Of a DNA stretch of 37,119 nt, positions 35,007 to 37,119 are shown in pieces. This stretch comes from Nemertoderma westbladi (taxonomy: Eukaryota > Animalia > Xenacoelomorpha). The translations under genes and the position numbers were made by a program. The DNA lies in assembly GCA_032718475.1 (NCBI GenBank), contig JAUCBJ010004615.1, positions 1 through 37,119 of the forward strand, given 5' to 3'. The number at the start of each line of letters is the position of its first letter. Position 1 is the first letter of the stretch. The notes under the pieces are model-generated. The model was not told the DNA's origin, made no database searches, and was given only the letters and a program-made list of their open reading frames with translations.

Positions 35007-36329
35007 GAGTTTGAAAAAGTAGGGGAAACAAAAAAAATTACAAGACTGGTCGCTCAGGGACACCATAGTATACACTTCACCGGCTTAATTGACTCCTCTA
35101 AAAATATGTATAAATGAATGGTTTGGTTAGTTACGTATTGTATATGTAGTAGGTATCATACATACTTCATAATTATGGAGAAATATTGAGTTTTATTTTA
35201 GTTTGGTGCAAAATATATAAATGTCAGATGTATTTTTAGTCAACCTAACTTTTCCTTTTATTTATGTGGTATTCAATTTGTAACATCAATTTTTTATTGC
35301 TATTTTTCATAGAATGTGTCAATAAATGGTGCAGTTAAAATTTATTTAACACATTACAAAAAATAGTTAAAAAGTAAAAATTTGAATGTGAGAAAGGCAA
35401 GGTGTTGAATAAAGTGATAATGTAAGTACCTTAAAGCATATCTCAGTCAATAAAATATAAATAAAAGAGAATAAATAGGATCAGGCGACAATCCGTTCTA
35501 AATTCAAAAGTTTTTCGTGTTGATCATAAAAATAAACTGTATAAGTTTCTGTGCATACAGTATAACAACGAGTAGGCCAGTTAGGTAGCACTTAAAATTT
35601 ATAAAATGGCAATATATTGGTTTCAACCTGTGTGTAATGTATAGATTATATTGACTATTGTATAGTATAGTATATTGTATAGACTATTGTGTATTTTGAA
35701 GATATCTGCTGTAAAAATTTATCTGGTGAGTTGTTTATTTATTTTAGTTACTTTATATTTTTGTGCATAAGGTAATCATTATTGTCTAAGATATTGACAA
35801 ACAAGTTAATAAAGTTAAGTCTAATTGTTGTACTCTATTTAATGATTCTCCGTGAAATATTCATGAAGAAGGCCCCCAATATCTGGTACATCGTTTGAGA
35901 GGAGAGAGAGGAGGGGGGGTGGCATCATTGTCACATAAACGGGTTGTTCAGCTTGAATAAAGAATATTGCCTATTATATACTAGGCCTACGCCGGATAAA
36001 TATAATGTTTATAAAATCATTAAAATACAAATTTACATGCTATTTTGATGTAAAAAAATAAATAGCTAAATTGTTCTATATGTAAAATACTGAATAATTT
36101 ATAATATATTTCGTCAGCATCCAGGTCTCAACCCCCGTGTAAAAGAAAGGAACTACACAAAAAATTAATGGTTTCCTATATAAATGTATGCCTGTTCTCT
36201 CCTTTTTATCCGTTTTATCCATGTTCTGTCAAACATTTGATTAATACAAGTGTAGTATGCTGAAATAGTACACAATTGGTATTGGAAAGCTGTTTTATTT
36301 GGTGAATAATTATTGGAGGAACGATCTGT

Positions 36330-36780
36330 ATGGAGTTGTTGTTTTGTCTGTAGGTTTCCGTTGCATTATTGTAGGATACGCCAGCCTAGAAGACATTAGG
36401 CCTACAATAGCATAGGTACAGTTTTATCATGATATTTTTGTAGATGTTGTTAGGCCTACAGATGTAAGGAATGAATTGTTGTGGATTTGTTGTGTATGCC
36501 GATATTCCAGCTTGGATTATTCCATATTCCAAATGGTGTTTCCAGGTGATGTGCTGATCTATTTGTGCTCATGGGAATTTTATCATCTGTCATTTATCGA
36601 TTGATGTGTTGTTGATTGTGTTAACATGATTCTTAAACAATGTTTGGTTAACAAGCCGAGCCAATAAAGTTAAGGTAAAGTTATGAGAAAAAAAAGTAAA
36701 GTTAAAGTAAAGTTGTGATGAAAGGGTCCAACATAGTCTTCGATAATCAGTTATTTTCTGGACACCTATTTTCAAAAGAC
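36330..36780 (-). mobile_element. Highly degenerate LINE RT C-terminal relic
   Basis: QIDQHITWKHHLE and IKLYLCYCRP motifs amid stops. Confidence 0.45.
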
Positions 36781-36921
36781 CTTACTCCTGAAAGTGACAC
36801 CACAGTCTAATAAAACTATTTATGTTACCACCATATCAACAGTATTTAATGATGAATCTCATTAATAATTAAAGGATTAGACATTTAATTATACACAACA
36901 CATGCATCTCGAGTTTAATAG

Positions 36922-37119
36922 TTATAGTTTGTGACCATGAACGGTTAGTTCAGCAATGACAATGCGGTATTTTGGTGGTTTTGATTTGACGATGATATAT
37001 CTGCCGGCTAGGTAGCAATGAAAGGTGTAGGTGGTGGCGGAAGTTAGATTCCCTCCAAACGATCCGCATTTAAGTCGATTAGCTGGGCTCAAAGCATGCC
37101 TATCGTTTCCAATGACAAC
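36922..37119 (-). CDS. Terminal exon of a gene with an F-type lectin (fucolectin/FTP)-like or galactose-binding-like domain; runs off the window
   Basis: Open frame VVIGNDRHALSPANRLKCGSFGGNLTSATTYTFHCYLAGRYIIVKSKPPKYRIVIAELTVHGHKL* matches I.IGN....N..C....F.C...GRY..V....L.(C)EV.V.G; TAA at 36924-36922 followed by ATTAAA. Confidence 0.78.
   Translation of the reverse strand, partial: VVIGNDRHALSPANRLKCGSFGGNLTSATTYTFHCYLAGRYIIVKSKPPKYRIVIAELTVHGHKL

Overview
AT-rich animal (invertebrate-type) genomic DNA, not prokaryotic. The main content, largely missed by the ORF track, is a + strand spliced gene rebuilt by hand from GT-AG sites and intron phase: 12 coding exons between 2745 and 34321 (1,889 nt, one uninterrupted frame, about 629 aa, 5' end upstream of the window). 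It encodes four tandem atypical CUB domains, each split into a phase 1-0 and a phase 0-1 exon, followed by a ~188-aa Gly/Cys/Trp-rich C-terminal domain I cannot assign to a named family. At the far right a convergent - strand terminal exon encodes the C-terminal half of an F-type lectin-like domain. The introns are full of mobile DNA: a near-full-length CRE-clade (restriction-like endonuclease) retrotransposon carrying two nested LINE insertions with perfect 11-bp TSDs, four copies of one RTE-group LINE 3' end, CR1/L2-group and RTEX-like LINE relics, Gypsy (CsRn1-like) and BEL/Pao fragments, Penelope-like relics, a tRNA-derived SINE, several TIR/MITE elements and tandem repeats. One of these is a 2.4-kb, 36-bp minisatellite that arose in frame inside a LINE endonuclease gene. 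Family assignments come from recalled motifs; no database searches were run.
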